Positions 50,659 to 60,913 of a stretch of 64,000 nt of DNA are shown here, one piece after another. The first letter of the stretch is position 1. The number at the start of each line of letters is the position of its first letter. Below the pieces are notes generated by a model. It ran no database searches. It was given only the letters and a program-made list of their open reading frames with translations, and was not told where the DNA came from. Source of the DNA: Phormidesmis sp. Lineage in GTDB: Bacteria; Cyanobacteriota; Cyanobacteriia; Leptolyngbyales; Leptolyngbyaceae. The stretch spans positions 480,001 to 544,000 of the forward strand of contig CBDFJR010000002.1 of the NCBI GenBank assembly GCA_965248535.1. Direction: 5' to 3'. The position numbers were made by a program, and so were the translations under genes.

Positions 50659-53190
50659 ATGGACGCAAACGGCCTGCGATTTTGGATGTTGGCAACTGCC
50701 GACCAGTGGACGAGTGTCAAGGATCTGCCGCCGCTTGAGTATGATCAGCCGTGTCAGCGCTTGCGTCTCGCCAGTGAGCGCCTTTTGCCGCCGTGGAGTC
50801 AGTCAACCTCTGAGCAAACGTCAGATACAGCGCTTTCTCGCTTAGAGCAGGTGCCGCAAACTTTGGATGGCTATGGCACACGAGCTTTTTGGGAGCCAAC
50901 ATCCGGCAAGATTTTGGCGACGGGCGCTCTGCCGCGATCGGTGCCCATTTTTACGCCCGAAGTGGGGAATCCGCCCACCGATTTGGCGATGGGTTACGAC
51001 GGCATTCTCTATATAGCGTTGCGATCGGGTGCCATCGTGCTGGTAGATCGCCGCGATCGCTGGTTGCCGATCACCCTCCAAACCGACGGCTTTAAAGCTT
51101 GGAGATTGGCGGCCGATCCGGCTGGAGGGGTTTGGGTATTGGATCGCGACGATCGCCAATTGGGAAAAGTGCTAGGCGTTCCCTTTCCGACCCAGCCCGC
51201 CGGAAAGTATGCTGACGATATTTTTCGCCCCTGTGATGAGAATCCCAATCCGCCCCGTTTAGTCGTTTGGCCAACGTCGAGCCTGCCCAGCGATGAAAAA
51301 TGGGTGGCGATCGCCACGAATCCCGACGGACATCTAGCATTGCTCACCTGGTTAAACGATGGAACGCCCAGAGTTCGCACGTTGCAATCTCACCAGTGGA
51401 CTGCTCCGATCGCTCTGATGGGCTGTCGCTATCCCTTTAGTTTGAGTTGGGTAGCGGTGGATCGAATCGCCGTTCTCGTCAGTGATTTGTTAACCGAGGC
51501 TCCCGTTTATGCCATGCCCAAACTGGCTATCGGTCAAGCTGAGGCGACCCAAGTGCAGCCTGTGGGCGATCTTTACCCGTTGCATGATCATACGGGCAAT
51601 CCTTTTTTACACGGCTTGAGTTTGCCGCCTCACTACCCAACTGCGATGGCAAGCGCGCCGCTTTATCCCCTTTCGCTGCCGTCTTATGCGCGTCAGGGAA
51701 CCGCGATTAGCGCTGGGCGCAACTCCGAAGGAACCGCTCCGACCCCTTTAGACAGTGGCAGTTTGCAAACCGAGTGGCATCGGCTCTATTTAGAAGCCGT
51801 TATTCCCGCTAAGGGTGAGATTCGGGTAGATTTAGCGGCGACCGATCAGCCGACCTTGCCCGATCAGCCGGAGTGGTTTGAGCATTGCTTTGGGGCAGTT
51901 CAATCGTCGGGTCTGCCCTGGGGCGCTTGGGTGTCTGCGCCGTCTGAGATTCCGTTTCATCCTGGTTTGTTGAGCGAGCGGGAAAAAGACCGATCGGGCT
52001 TATTTACGGTGCTGATTCAGCGGCACGATCGCCGGGTCAGAACGCTGCAAGGACGCTATCTCTGGGTGCGAGTGCGGATGGTTGGCGATGGGCGCACGAC
52101 TCCAGAATTAGCAGCGCTGCGCGTTTATGGATCACGATTTTCTTATGTTAATCACTATTTACCCGAACTTTATCGTGAAACCGTGTTCGGCAGCGATCGT
52201 GATGCTGTTACCGCCGCGACTCCGGCTGACTTTTTAGAGCGATTTTTAGCTAACTTTGAGGGAATTCTCACTCCCATTGAAGATCGTATTGCTAATAGTC
52301 ATCTTCTCACCGATCCTCGCACGACTTCTGAAGACGCGATCGAGTGGTTAGGAAGTTGGATCGGCATCACGTTTGATCCGGCTTATTCGTCGGCTCGTCG
52401 TCGCCGTCTAATCGAGGCTACGCCTTCACTCTATCGTCATCGCGGCACCTTACTGGGATTGCAGCAAGCCCTCGATATCGCCACCGATGGAGCCGTGAGC
52501 CGAGGCGCGATCGTCGTCTTAGAAGATTTTCGACTGCGCCGCACCTTTGCCACGATTTTAGGAGCCGATTTAGCCGACGAAACCGATCCCCTGCTGGCCG
52601 GATTGGTGATTAGCGGTAATTCCTATGTGGGAGATACGCTGTTTTTGGGTGACGACACGCGGCAGGAATTTTTAGCCCTATTTCGGGCAGACATTGAGAC
52701 AAATTCGTTTAAAAAACAGGCTGAAGAAACGGCGATCGCGGCATTTTTTGATCAGTTAGCCTATCGCACTACCATTTTTGTCCATTCAGAAGTCACGCCC
52801 CAGGATTTGGGCTTAATTCGTCGCGTCGTTGAGCTAGAAACCCCGGCTCACGTTTTGTCTCGCGTCGTGTCTGCGAGCAGTGCGTTAATGGTCGGCGTTG
52901 CCTCGCTGGTGGGCGTTGACACCTATCTCAGCGCTAAACCCAAGCCCCAGGCGGTTGCCCTCAACAAAAGTCAGGTAGGAGTGCGCGATCGCGTGCTGCG
53001 TCCTGCCAGTCTTGATCCCCGTTTAGAAGGAGGCATTGATGAACTTGAATCCGTTTCGCCACCCCCGATCGCGCTGCTTAAATCACGCCCGATCGCCGAG
53101 TTTGGACAGTCGTTTCAGCTAGATGGCAATCAGTCTCAGGCTTTCGACGGCCACACGATCGTGCACTACAAATGGACAAAATTACAATAG
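50659..53190 (+). CDS. Phage tail / P2 gpI-like wedge protein with propeller-like N-terminus and C-terminal PKD-like segment
   Basis: SY..YLPE.YR, FLERFL..FE, DP......WLG.W.G, R.RGT..GL, E.PAH. Confidence 0.78.
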   Translation: MDANGLRFWMLATADQWTSVKDLPPLEYDQPCQRLRLASERLLPPWSQSTSEQTSDTALSRLEQVPQTLDGYGTRAFWEPTSGKILATGALPRSVPIFTPEVGNPPTDLAMGYDGILYIALRSGAIVLVDRRDRWLPITLQTDGFKAWRLAADPAGGVWVLDRDDRQLGKVLGVPFPTQPAGKYADDIFRPCDENPNPPRLVVWPTSSLPSDEKWVAIATNPDGHLALLTWLNDGTPRVRTLQSHQWTAPIALMGCRYPFSLSWVAVDRIAVLVSDLLTEAPVYAMPKLAIGQAEATQVQPVGDLYPLHDHTGNPFLHGLSLPPHYPTAMASAPLYPLSLPSYARQGTAISAGRNSEGTAPTPLDSGSLQTEWHRLYLEAVIPAKGEIRVDLAATDQPTLPDQPEWFEHCFGAVQSSGLPWGAWVSAPSEIPFHPGLLSEREKDRSGLFTVLIQRHDRRVRTLQGRYLWVRVRMVGDGRTTPELAALRVYGSRFSYVNHYLPELYRETVFGSDRDAVTAATPADFLERFLANFEGILTPIEDRIANSHLLTDPRTTSEDAIEWLGSWIGITFDPAYSSARRRRLIEATPSLYRHRGTLLGLQQALDIATDGAVSRGAIVVLEDFRLRRTFATILGADLADETDPLLAGLVISGNSYVGDTLFLGDDTRQEFLALFRADIETNSFKKQAEETAIAAFFDQLAYRTTIFVHSEVTPQDLGLIRRVVELETPAHVLSRVVSASSALMVGVASLVGVDTYLSAKPKPQAVALNKSQVGVRDRVLRPASLDPRLEGGIDELESVSPPPIALLKSRPIAEFGQSFQLDGNQSQAFDGHTIVHYKWTKLQ

Positions 53191-53284
53191 TGGAGGTAAT
53201 AGAAACTACTACGCGGACTGAAATGCAAACTGGACAGTTCTTGATTGCAATCGATAAATTTTATAAATTCCTCAGGAGACTCTC

Positions 53285-53677
53285 ATGGCAGAAGCAGAAC
53301 TCAAACTTAATACGCCCGTCGAAACCACCGATCCCGTTTTAGTGGTCAAAGTCGATCCCGCTAATCCCTTATCCAACGGGGTGCACCGATTTCAGCTAGT
53401 CGTCGTCGATGACTCTGGCAATGAGTCAGATCCGGCGATCGTAGAAGTGATTATTCGCGACACGCAGCGACCCACGGCGGTGATCGATGCTCCCCAAACC
53501 GCCGAAACGGGACAGAGCTTTAAACTCAGTGGCGAACGATCGAGCGATGTGGCTCCCGGCAAAGTCGTTAAATATACCTGGACGATGATTCCGATTATTG
53601 AAAGACCGCCGATCCGACCCACGCCGCCGCTCACGCCGCCGATTATTCCGGTGCCGATTCGTCCTCCGATTCAATAG
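53285..53677 (+). CDS. Small two-module Ig/PKD-like protein
   Basis: AGGAG RBS; HRFQLVVVDDSGNES.P then PTAVI...GQSFKLSG..S.D...Y.W; Pro-rich tail. Confidence 0.7.
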   Translation: MAEAELKLNTPVETTDPVLVVKVDPANPLSNGVHRFQLVVVDDSGNESDPAIVEVIIRDTQRPTAVIDAPQTAETGQSFKLSGERSSDVAPGKVVKYTWTMIPIIERPPIRPTPPLTPPIIPVPIRPPIQ

Positions 53678-53681
53678 CCCT

Positions 53682-53855
53682 ATGCCAACCTTTGAGCCGC
53701 AAAAACCGATCGTTACCGCTACCCCGATCGTGGTCGTCGATGCCAGCCTCGCGCCGGGTCGCTATCGCTTTCAGCTAGTGGTCGAAGACGATGCCGGAAA
53801 CCAAAGTCAGCCGACCGAGCAAATTGTTGTCATCAATCCCCCCAGGATTCGCTAA
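53682..53855 (+). CDS. 57-aa Ig-like module protein
   Basis: GRYRFQLVVEDDAGNQSQP, paralogous to the upstream gene; TAATG coupling to the next gene. Confidence 0.6.
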   Translation: MPTFEPQKPIVTATPIVVVDASLAPGRYRFQLVVEDDAGNQSQPTEQIVVINPPRIR

Positions 53856-54724
53856 TGAGCACTTTTAAACCCCCCGATCCCCTAGCGGCTGCGCCTCTCT
53901 CGCCCGATCGCGTCTATTACGCAACTGGCGTTTCTCTCGACGCAGAAGACTTTTTGGCAGAGCAACTCTATCACCGCAGCCGCCTAGCCCGCGCTCTGTT
54001 CTATCTGCATGGCAGCGGCACCGCCGCCGGGCTGCGCGTTGATTGGAACAAAGCCTTAAAACCAGGAGACGATCCCAAGTTTCCTCAAGGGCGTGACGAA
54101 GAAATTGTCGTGCAGCCCGGCTTGGCGATCGACCGACTCGGACGATTAATTGAGCTTCCGCGATCGGCGTGCATTCGCGTTGATCGCTGGTATCAATCCC
54201 AAATTGCCGATGAGTTAACCAAAGGGTTTCATCTCGATCGGGGTGGCATTGTCGTGGATGTGTTTGTGCGATTCCTATCCTGTGAGCGCGGCAAAACTCC
54301 AGCGTTTGCGGCGGGGGCATTTGATGCGTTAGATGCAGTGATTCCGTCTCGGTTGCGAGATAGTTACGAATTGACCCTCGTGACTCGTCAAGAAGCCAGC
54401 GCCGATCTCAATCAACATCTGCCTCAAAACCCTTGGGGCGATTTTGGCACGGGCGATCGCAAGGCTGCTCTGCAAACCGCCATTCTCAACGCCTGGCACG
54501 AAGGCTCTGACCAGTGGGATAAAACCGGACTCAAGCCCCTGCCAGAACACGCCATCGGTCAAGATCCCACGGCGCTTTTTCTGGCTCGACTCGTGGTGCC
54601 TGCGGCGGCAGCCCTGCCAGAACAACGCCCCGTTCGCACCGCAGATGCCACGATCGTGCCCGACAATTCTCAGCGATCGTTTGTCTACGCGGCTGGGGCG
54701 ATCGCTCGTTGGTTAGCGCTCTAA
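53855..54724 (+). CDS. eCIS fibre-attachment-domain protein 1 (Afp13-like N-terminus)
   Basis: RV.Y..G..L.A.DF..EQ.Y, G.G...GL.V, V.PGLAID..GR.I. Confidence 0.65.
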   Translation: MSTFKPPDPLAAAPLSPDRVYYATGVSLDAEDFLAEQLYHRSRLARALFYLHGSGTAAGLRVDWNKALKPGDDPKFPQGRDEEIVVQPGLAIDRLGRLIELPRSACIRVDRWYQSQIADELTKGFHLDRGGIVVDVFVRFLSCERGKTPAFAAGAFDALDAVIPSRLRDSYELTLVTRQEASADLNQHLPQNPWGDFGTGDRKAALQTAILNAWHEGSDQWDKTGLKPLPEHAIGQDPTALFLARLVVPAAAALPEQRPVRTADATIVPDNSQRSFVYAAGAIARWLAL

Positions 54725-54778
54725 ATCTTCTATTTTGTCTGTTTTAAAAGACAGTGACCCGCTACCCCCTTACGCCTT

Positions 54779-56668
54779 ATGTTTACTCAAGGTTCTTCTC
54801 GCTCTCGCGTTGACGCTGCCGAACTCGCCGCCATGATTCAGGCAGGAACGGTAATTCTCGACGATCGCCGCACGCGCCCATTCTATTTTGATGGTCGATT
54901 TTTAACGGCGAAAGATCTCACCCGCGACCAAAACTACTTTCTGACCCGACAGACCGATCTGGCGCGGGCGAGTGGGTTTGGCATTGTGCAGGGTCTGTTG
55001 GTCAAGCGTCCGCCTAGCAATGCTGCCAGCGCCATCTATATCGAAGCGGGGCACGGAGTCACCCCCGGCGGCGAACTGGTGGTTTTGCCCCAATCGCGCA
55101 CGGTTAACCTAGTAGACATTCCTGAGATTCAGCGCTTAGATGCGGCGTTTGGGCTGGCTCCGGTGCCGCGAGAATCGGCTCGAAATGCGTCTGGGTTGTT
55201 TGTGATTGCGCTGCGATCGGTGGAATACACTGCGAACCCGATCGCGTCTTATCCGACCTCGCTGACGGCACCCCGATCGGTGAATGATGGCGACATTATC
55301 GAGGCGGTGGCGATCACGCTGATTCCCTATGCTGACAGCGGCGGTGGCGGATTAGAGGCGCGGAGATCGCGGGTGGCACGAGATATTTTTGTCGAAGGAT
55401 CGGTGCGCGGGTTGCCTGCCAATGCGCTGCCCCTGGCGATGGTGGGCTTAAATCGCGGCGTGGTCGAGTGGATTGATCCCTATTTGGTGCGGCGAGAAGT
55501 GGGGGCCGAGCAAAAAAGTCTGTTGAGCTTTGGGGCAACCCCTCGCGGTCTGCGAGAAGCCTATGTGCAGCAATATGATCAGCAGTTGCAGGAGGTGTTG
55601 CAGTCGCGCAGCCAGAGCAATCAAGGGCGACGATTTAGCGCCACCGATTATTTTGCGGCCTTGCCTCCGGCGGGTCAGATGCCCAGCGCCACGATCGACC
55701 CCACGAATTTCACGCAGATCTATTTTCCCTCCACGGTGGATGTCAGTCTCTCGCTGGTGCCCTCTGATGAGTTGGCGGCCCTGGTTGAGGAGAGTCTGCT
55801 GTTGCCCCCGATCGATCTAACAATGACGAACGAAGCCCTCGATTCCGTCGGCGTTTTGGTGTTGATGCCCGTCAATCGTCAACAGTTTCAGCAATTGCAG
55901 GGGACTCTGAGCAGCCTGACCCGATCGCTGCCTGCGGTCGCTCCCGGATTGGTGGCAAAACGCACGCCGCTGCTGTCATTGCAGCAGATTCGGCTGCCCC
56001 GATCGCCGATCCCGATCGTCAATCCTCAAGAGTTGGTTGATGCAGAATGGCGCAAAGCCTTAGCGAGTTCAGATCTACTCTGGTTTATTCGCAGACGCAA
56101 CTTGCCCTATCACGCGACAAATGTTGGATTTAATATTCGCATTGTGACCAATGAAGTGATCACTGAACGAAATTTAGTCACGACGCTCAATCAAGCAGGA
56201 TTACTCAGTCGGGTAAACACGATTAGAAACACGGCAACCGCCGCAGCGAATGCAGATGTGACATCGCTATTGAGTTCTCCAAAACTCACAGGTTCCAAAC
56301 TGCTGTTGAGCGGTGCGATTAAAGAATTAGAAGCGGCAAAAACCAATGACACTTCTACTGATCAGCCATCAGAAAAACTCGATCAAGCCGGAGTGCTGCA
56401 AGTCTCTAATCGCTTTGGTGATCCTAAGCTGGGAGAAGGAATTCTGCGGTTAGAGGCGACCAATTCTCAGCTAAAAGATGACACGATCGCGGCCACTGTT
56501 GCCCAATCTGGCACCATTCCCGAACTCGATCGCTTGTCGAGTCAGCTTTCAGACACAGAACTGCGAACGTTTTCATCCCAATTAACTGACGTTGCCAGAA
56601 CCAATCCCAGCGGCGTTGGCAATTTGATTAAAACGACTTTAAACAACCGATCGGGAGGGCTGCGATAA
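54779..56668 (+). CDS. eCIS fibre-attachment-domain protein 2
   Basis: RPFYFDGRFLTAKDL..DQ.Y, GFGIVQGL.V, I..GHGVT..GE. Confidence 0.65.
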   Translation: MFTQGSSRSRVDAAELAAMIQAGTVILDDRRTRPFYFDGRFLTAKDLTRDQNYFLTRQTDLARASGFGIVQGLLVKRPPSNAASAIYIEAGHGVTPGGELVVLPQSRTVNLVDIPEIQRLDAAFGLAPVPRESARNASGLFVIALRSVEYTANPIASYPTSLTAPRSVNDGDIIEAVAITLIPYADSGGGGLEARRSRVARDIFVEGSVRGLPANALPLAMVGLNRGVVEWIDPYLVRREVGAEQKSLLSFGATPRGLREAYVQQYDQQLQEVLQSRSQSNQGRRFSATDYFAALPPAGQMPSATIDPTNFTQIYFPSTVDVSLSLVPSDELAALVEESLLLPPIDLTMTNEALDSVGVLVLMPVNRQQFQQLQGTLSSLTRSLPAVAPGLVAKRTPLLSLQQIRLPRSPIPIVNPQELVDAEWRKALASSDLLWFIRRRNLPYHATNVGFNIRIVTNEVITERNLVTTLNQAGLLSRVNTIRNTATAAANADVTSLLSSPKLTGSKLLLSGAIKELEAAKTNDTSTDQPSEKLDQAGVLQVSNRFGDPKLGEGILRLEATNSQLKDDTIAATVAQSGTIPELDRLSSQLSDTELRTFSSQLTDVARTNPSGVGNLIKTTLNNRSGGLR

Positions 56669-59600
56669 TGGACGTGAATCCGATTAAAAAATCGCTCAAC
56701 GGTGAGCATATTGTGGATGTCTCTCCGCCCATGCAGCCCGATGCTAATTTAGGCTGGCAGCGTCGCCTTAATTTGTATTCTGGACGGGCCCTCAGCGATC
56801 GGGCTTTAATCACCGAACAACAGGGACGATCGGGCATTTTGGCAACGCGGGGACAGTTGCTCTCTCCGGGCGTGATCACGGGGCTAGAAGTCGATCTAGA
56901 ACAACCGGATTCAACCCATTATCAGATTGCGGCGGGCACAGGTGTGACGGCAATGGGCGAAGATGTCTTGATCCCTAGAACGCTGAGAGTGGCGGCGCAG
57001 GATCTTCGAGTCTATGCGGCGGCGGCGATTTTAGACGGAGCAACGCCAGCGCCAACGCCAACGCCAACCGGAATCTTAACGCCGCGAAAATTAGGGAAAA
57101 CGCTAGGAGAATTAATCACTAACGGCATTGCTGCGACACTGCCACGAGTCGGAATCCTAGTCCTTCAGCCGATCGTAGCAGAACTAGTCGGACGCAACGA
57201 CCCCAAAGATTCCTGTGAGACAGATCCCCAAAATGATGCCTTTGAAGATTGGCAAATTGTGGATGGCTGCCGCCTAGTGCTCTATCCTTGGGCTTCTGAG
57301 TGGCTGGCACTGCCCGAAGCAGGCGATCTCACGCCTCCAACCGCCCTGGGACGGTGGCGAAATCGGTTAGCTTACACAATTTTTAGTGCTGAAAAAGCCA
57401 ACACGCCTGATCAGCTATTGCCCTGGGAACAGGTCGGAGTGCCGATCGCGCTGGTCGGATTTGATGCCGCCTGGAAGCCGTTGTTTAGCGATCGCTACTC
57501 TGTGGTGCGGGCTGGCGGTCTGCCCAAACGTCGCCATCCGCTAGTTGCCAATGCAGGAAGTCCATTTTTGTGGCAGGCGCGAGTTCAGCAGTTTGCCGAA
57601 CAGCTATCAGAGCTTGACCTGGCAACGGTTTCGATCTCGCAAGTGGCCGACCAATTTCTCTCGTTGCCGCCCGTGGGAATCTTGCCTACATCCGCGATCG
57701 AGGTGCGATCGTCCAATCCCAGCTTGGGGCAAAATCACTTCTTCCCCAGTTCTTATCAGATTCAAGCGGCTCCCGTTCCCCTAGAACAACTGGATGCTGT
57801 TTTAGAATCGAGTGCGTCCCTCGTGCCCTTTGATGTGTCTAAACCCGATCAGGTGCAGGTTTTAGTGCCCGTTCCGCAAGCGTGGTATGAGCCTGATTTG
57901 CTCAAAACAGAAGCCGTCGATTCGGAGTTTCAGCGCACGATCGATCAGATGGTGATTCGGCGATCGCAATGGCTCAATCGTCGCACGATCGTGCGATCTC
58001 GCAACACGCTGATTGCTCAAGCGATCACCGGAACTGCGCCAGACTATGCCGACCCCGATCGCTTAGAAGACGAACTCGCCCAGCCGCCCACACCGTTCAC
58101 TAGCACTCGCGCTCACCAATCCAATTTAGCCTCTGGGCTGCATCAACATTTTTTTGATGGCGCAACCGCCGGATTGGTTGTCGCGACGGGCGATCGCTTG
58201 ACCACCTATATTTACCTCGATCCTGATCATCCGCCCCGCGAAATCATGGTGCAGTGGAACGTCGGCGGAAGCTGGGAGCATCGCGCCTATTGGGGTGAAA
58301 ACTTACTTAATCTCGGCATTGCCGGAACCGCCAGCCGTCAATTTTTGGGAACACTGCCCGCGATCGCATCCTGGGTGCGGTTAGAAGTGCCTGCCAGTCT
58401 GGTCGGGCTAGAAAACACAACCGTCACCGGACTCTCCTTCACGCTCTATGATGGTCGCGCCGCTTGGGGACACACGGGCAAATCGGCGATCGGTGCTCTG
58501 CCCGCCAACGACACAGTTTGGGTGGGCGACACGCTGCCAGCCGGAGCAACGCCGCGCACTAACAACGATGCTTGGACGTGGATTCAAGATGCTGAGTTGC
58601 TCACGCCTTTTGAAGAAGATTTTGCCACCGCCGTTGCCAACAATGTCAGAGGCGTTACGCCCTTGCAAACGTTGAACAGTCAACTCGCCGCGCAGCTTCC
58701 CGCCGAAGCCAGCCAACTCACCACGCTGGGACTCGAACGGTTTATCGCTCTTCTTGACACCAAAGTTAAGCAAGCCAACGATCGCATCGACTTCCACTTT
58801 TTGCGAGTGCAAACCGATATTTATCGAATTCGTCAGTTTGTGTTGGGCACCGCTCAAGCGGCTCGATTGGCCACGTCTCCGACACTGGCGGCGATCGCTG
58901 AAGGCGGTCAAAGTGCCCGCGTCACGCAAGAGCAGCTAAACACCTTCTTTACTCGTGCCAAGTCTACCGCGTCAGTTCCGGTGGGTGCAACATCTCCAAG
59001 TTTCACCATTTTGGCGGCAGAAAATGTCCAGTTTGCGGCGGCTCCCCGCAAGGCAGCATTGGTCGAACCCCTGTTCACGCAGACCGCTTTCACTAACTTT
59101 AGTGATGTCGGGTTTGCAAAAACCTCCGCCTTTGAACTCAAACAAACCCAAAACACTCAAACTCGCATCGGGGTGATCAATGAGCAAACGGCTGATAACA
59201 CAGAGCTATTTGCTTCTAAACAAGTTTTTCAGCCCAGCGCTGTTGACGTGTTAGAACAGTCGCCCTTGGTCGGTGCCGCCAGTCGCACTGTGACAGTTGC
59301 CGAACGGCTGCAAGCCTCTGCCTCAGTCGAAGCCAGAAACTTCACCCTGTCGAGTCGGGCAGACACGATCGAGAGTCTCGCTGATCTGGGGGTCGATCTC
59401 GGTGAGGTGAGCATTCCGGGCACTACGTCTAAATTCAAAGACGTGAATGCCGCGCTGCTCAAGCAGATTCGGTTAGGCGACACGCTGACCAGCACCGATG
59501 AATCCGCGCAGTTTTCCGATGGGGTGAAAGTGTTAGACAACACGGTTGCCGCGCTGCGATTGGCAGAAGGACGGGTGCAAGATTATCGCACGGCGATCGT

Positions 59601-60885
59601 CGCTTGTCAGATGGTGCTGACGCAGCTTCGGGGCGTAGTCGGTCAGATCAATCAACGTCTGAGCGCGATCGCAAATTATTTGGCAGAGGTCCGCCATGAT
59701 GTCGCAGTAGCGCGGGCTTTACTCGCTGAAGAACAACTGCGAATTGACGGCATTAATCAACGTCGCGATGCCATCTTGCAGCAATATGTGACGTTTTTGG
59801 TGTTTCATCGGCTGCGATTTACTCAAGTCATTCTCGATGCGCCGACTCGTCCGCTTGATCCGGGCATCACATCTTCACCGATTCCGGTCTGCCTGAATCG
59901 TGAGATTGCGGTTCCGGCGGCGCTGCGATCGCTGACCGAGACCTTGCGAGATGCGCCTGTGAAGTGGTTTACTCACATTCCTCGTTTGATTGATCGGCTC
60001 GATCGCTTTGAGACGATTTTTGCCACCCTGCAAGGAGCCAAGCAGCGCGCTATTCGGTCTTATTCGGCTGACATGGTGAATGTCACTTCGACGGCAACTC
60101 AGCTAGGGCAGCGCATTCAGCAGACGGTGACGACTCAGCGCACCTCTATGGCGGCGGCGCGATCGCAAGTGGCTCAACTCAATCTCAGTCTCTATTCGGG
60201 GCTAACCTGGACTCAACTGCGAGACCAATCAACGGCTGTTCTTTCTCTCGGAGACTTGATCGATGGCGGTCACGGACGTAGCGATGTGTCTCAGCGCGCC
60301 GCCCAAGAACTGGATCAAATTGCTCACGTTGCGGCTTGTTTATATGCCAATTTTGGCGACGTGTTGCCCGTGATTCGCTTAGAGTGGGCGGAGCGTCTGA
60401 GCCAATATGATGCCCCCGTCAACCTGCGAAATCTAGCGAGTTTACCTCGTTGGGGCGAGATTGCTCTGTTAGATCGCCGCGAAATTCAAACAATAGTGGA
60501 TTGGCTTTATCAACAGATTGACGCACTTCAGCCTGATGCTGTGGCGTTGATCAGCGATCTCGTGCGGGTCTGCATTTTGTTGGCGAGTCATGCACCTGTG
60601 AATCAAATTATTGCGGGTCGGTTGAGCAAACCGACGATCGTCAATTTGGGCAGCCGAGTCGAACTCGCGATCGACGCTGCAACGGTGAGAGTTGGGATGC
60701 AAGTGTTGCTCTATTCAGCGCTGAATCGCGTGGTGGCTCAGGGTGTGGTCGAAGATTTAGCATCGGGTCAAGCATCGGCTCGAATTGTTCATGCCTACGA
60801 GACGAATGTGCAGTTAGCAGCAGATTCGCGAGTGCAGTTTGCCGAAATTGGTGCATTTAACAAGACTCTGATTGCCCGATCGTGA
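56668..60885 (+). CDS. Large (1405 aa) eCIS fibre-like protein 3 with inserted beta domain and coiled coils
   Basis: RLN.Y.GR.L...L..EQ, PGVITGLEV, I..G.GVT..GE; long helical segments. Confidence 0.65.
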   Translation: MDVNPIKKSLNGEHIVDVSPPMQPDANLGWQRRLNLYSGRALSDRALITEQQGRSGILATRGQLLSPGVITGLEVDLEQPDSTHYQIAAGTGVTAMGEDVLIPRTLRVAAQDLRVYAAAAILDGATPAPTPTPTGILTPRKLGKTLGELITNGIAATLPRVGILVLQPIVAELVGRNDPKDSCETDPQNDAFEDWQIVDGCRLVLYPWASEWLALPEAGDLTPPTALGRWRNRLAYTIFSAEKANTPDQLLPWEQVGVPIALVGFDAAWKPLFSDRYSVVRAGGLPKRRHPLVANAGSPFLWQARVQQFAEQLSELDLATVSISQVADQFLSLPPVGILPTSAIEVRSSNPSLGQNHFFPSSYQIQAAPVPLEQLDAVLESSASLVPFDVSKPDQVQVLVPVPQAWYEPDLLKTEAVDSEFQRTIDQMVIRRSQWLNRRTIVRSRNTLIAQAITGTAPDYADPDRLEDELAQPPTPFTSTRAHQSNLASGLHQHFFDGATAGLVVATGDRLTTYIYLDPDHPPREIMVQWNVGGSWEHRAYWGENLLNLGIAGTASRQFLGTLPAIASWVRLEVPASLVGLENTTVTGLSFTLYDGRAAWGHTGKSAIGALPANDTVWVGDTLPAGATPRTNNDAWTWIQDAELLTPFEEDFATAVANNVRGVTPLQTLNSQLAAQLPAEASQLTTLGLERFIALLDTKVKQANDRIDFHFLRVQTDIYRIRQFVLGTAQAARLATSPTLAAIAEGGQSARVTQEQLNTFFTRAKSTASVPVGATSPSFTILAAENVQFAAAPRKAALVEPLFTQTAFTNFSDVGFAKTSAFELKQTQNTQTRIGVINEQTADNTELFASKQVFQPSAVDVLEQSPLVGAASRTVTVAERLQASASVEARNFTLSSRADTIESLADLGVDLGEVSIPGTTSKFKDVNAALLKQIRLGDTLTSTDESAQFSDGVKVLDNTVAALRLAEGRVQDYRTAIVACQMVLTQLRGVVGQINQRLSAIANYLAEVRHDVAVARALLAEEQLRIDGINQRRDAILQQYVTFLVFHRLRFTQVILDAPTRPLDPGITSSPIPVCLNREIAVPAALRSLTETLRDAPVKWFTHIPRLIDRLDRFETIFATLQGAKQRAIRSYSADMVNVTSTATQLGQRIQQTVTTQRTSMAAARSQVAQLNLSLYSGLTWTQLRDQSTAVLSLGDLIDGGHGRSDVSQRAAQELDQIAHVAACLYANFGDVLPVIRLEWAERLSQYDAPVNLRNLASLPRWGEIALLDRREIQTIVDWLYQQIDALQPDAVALISDLVRVCILLASHAPVNQIIAGRLSKPTIVNLGSRVELAIDAATVRVGMQVLLYSALNRVVAQGVVEDLASGQASARIVHAYETNVQLAADSRVQFAEIGAFNKTLIARS

Positions 60886-60913
60886 ACCCTAGATTCCAAA
60901 ACTACTCACTGCT

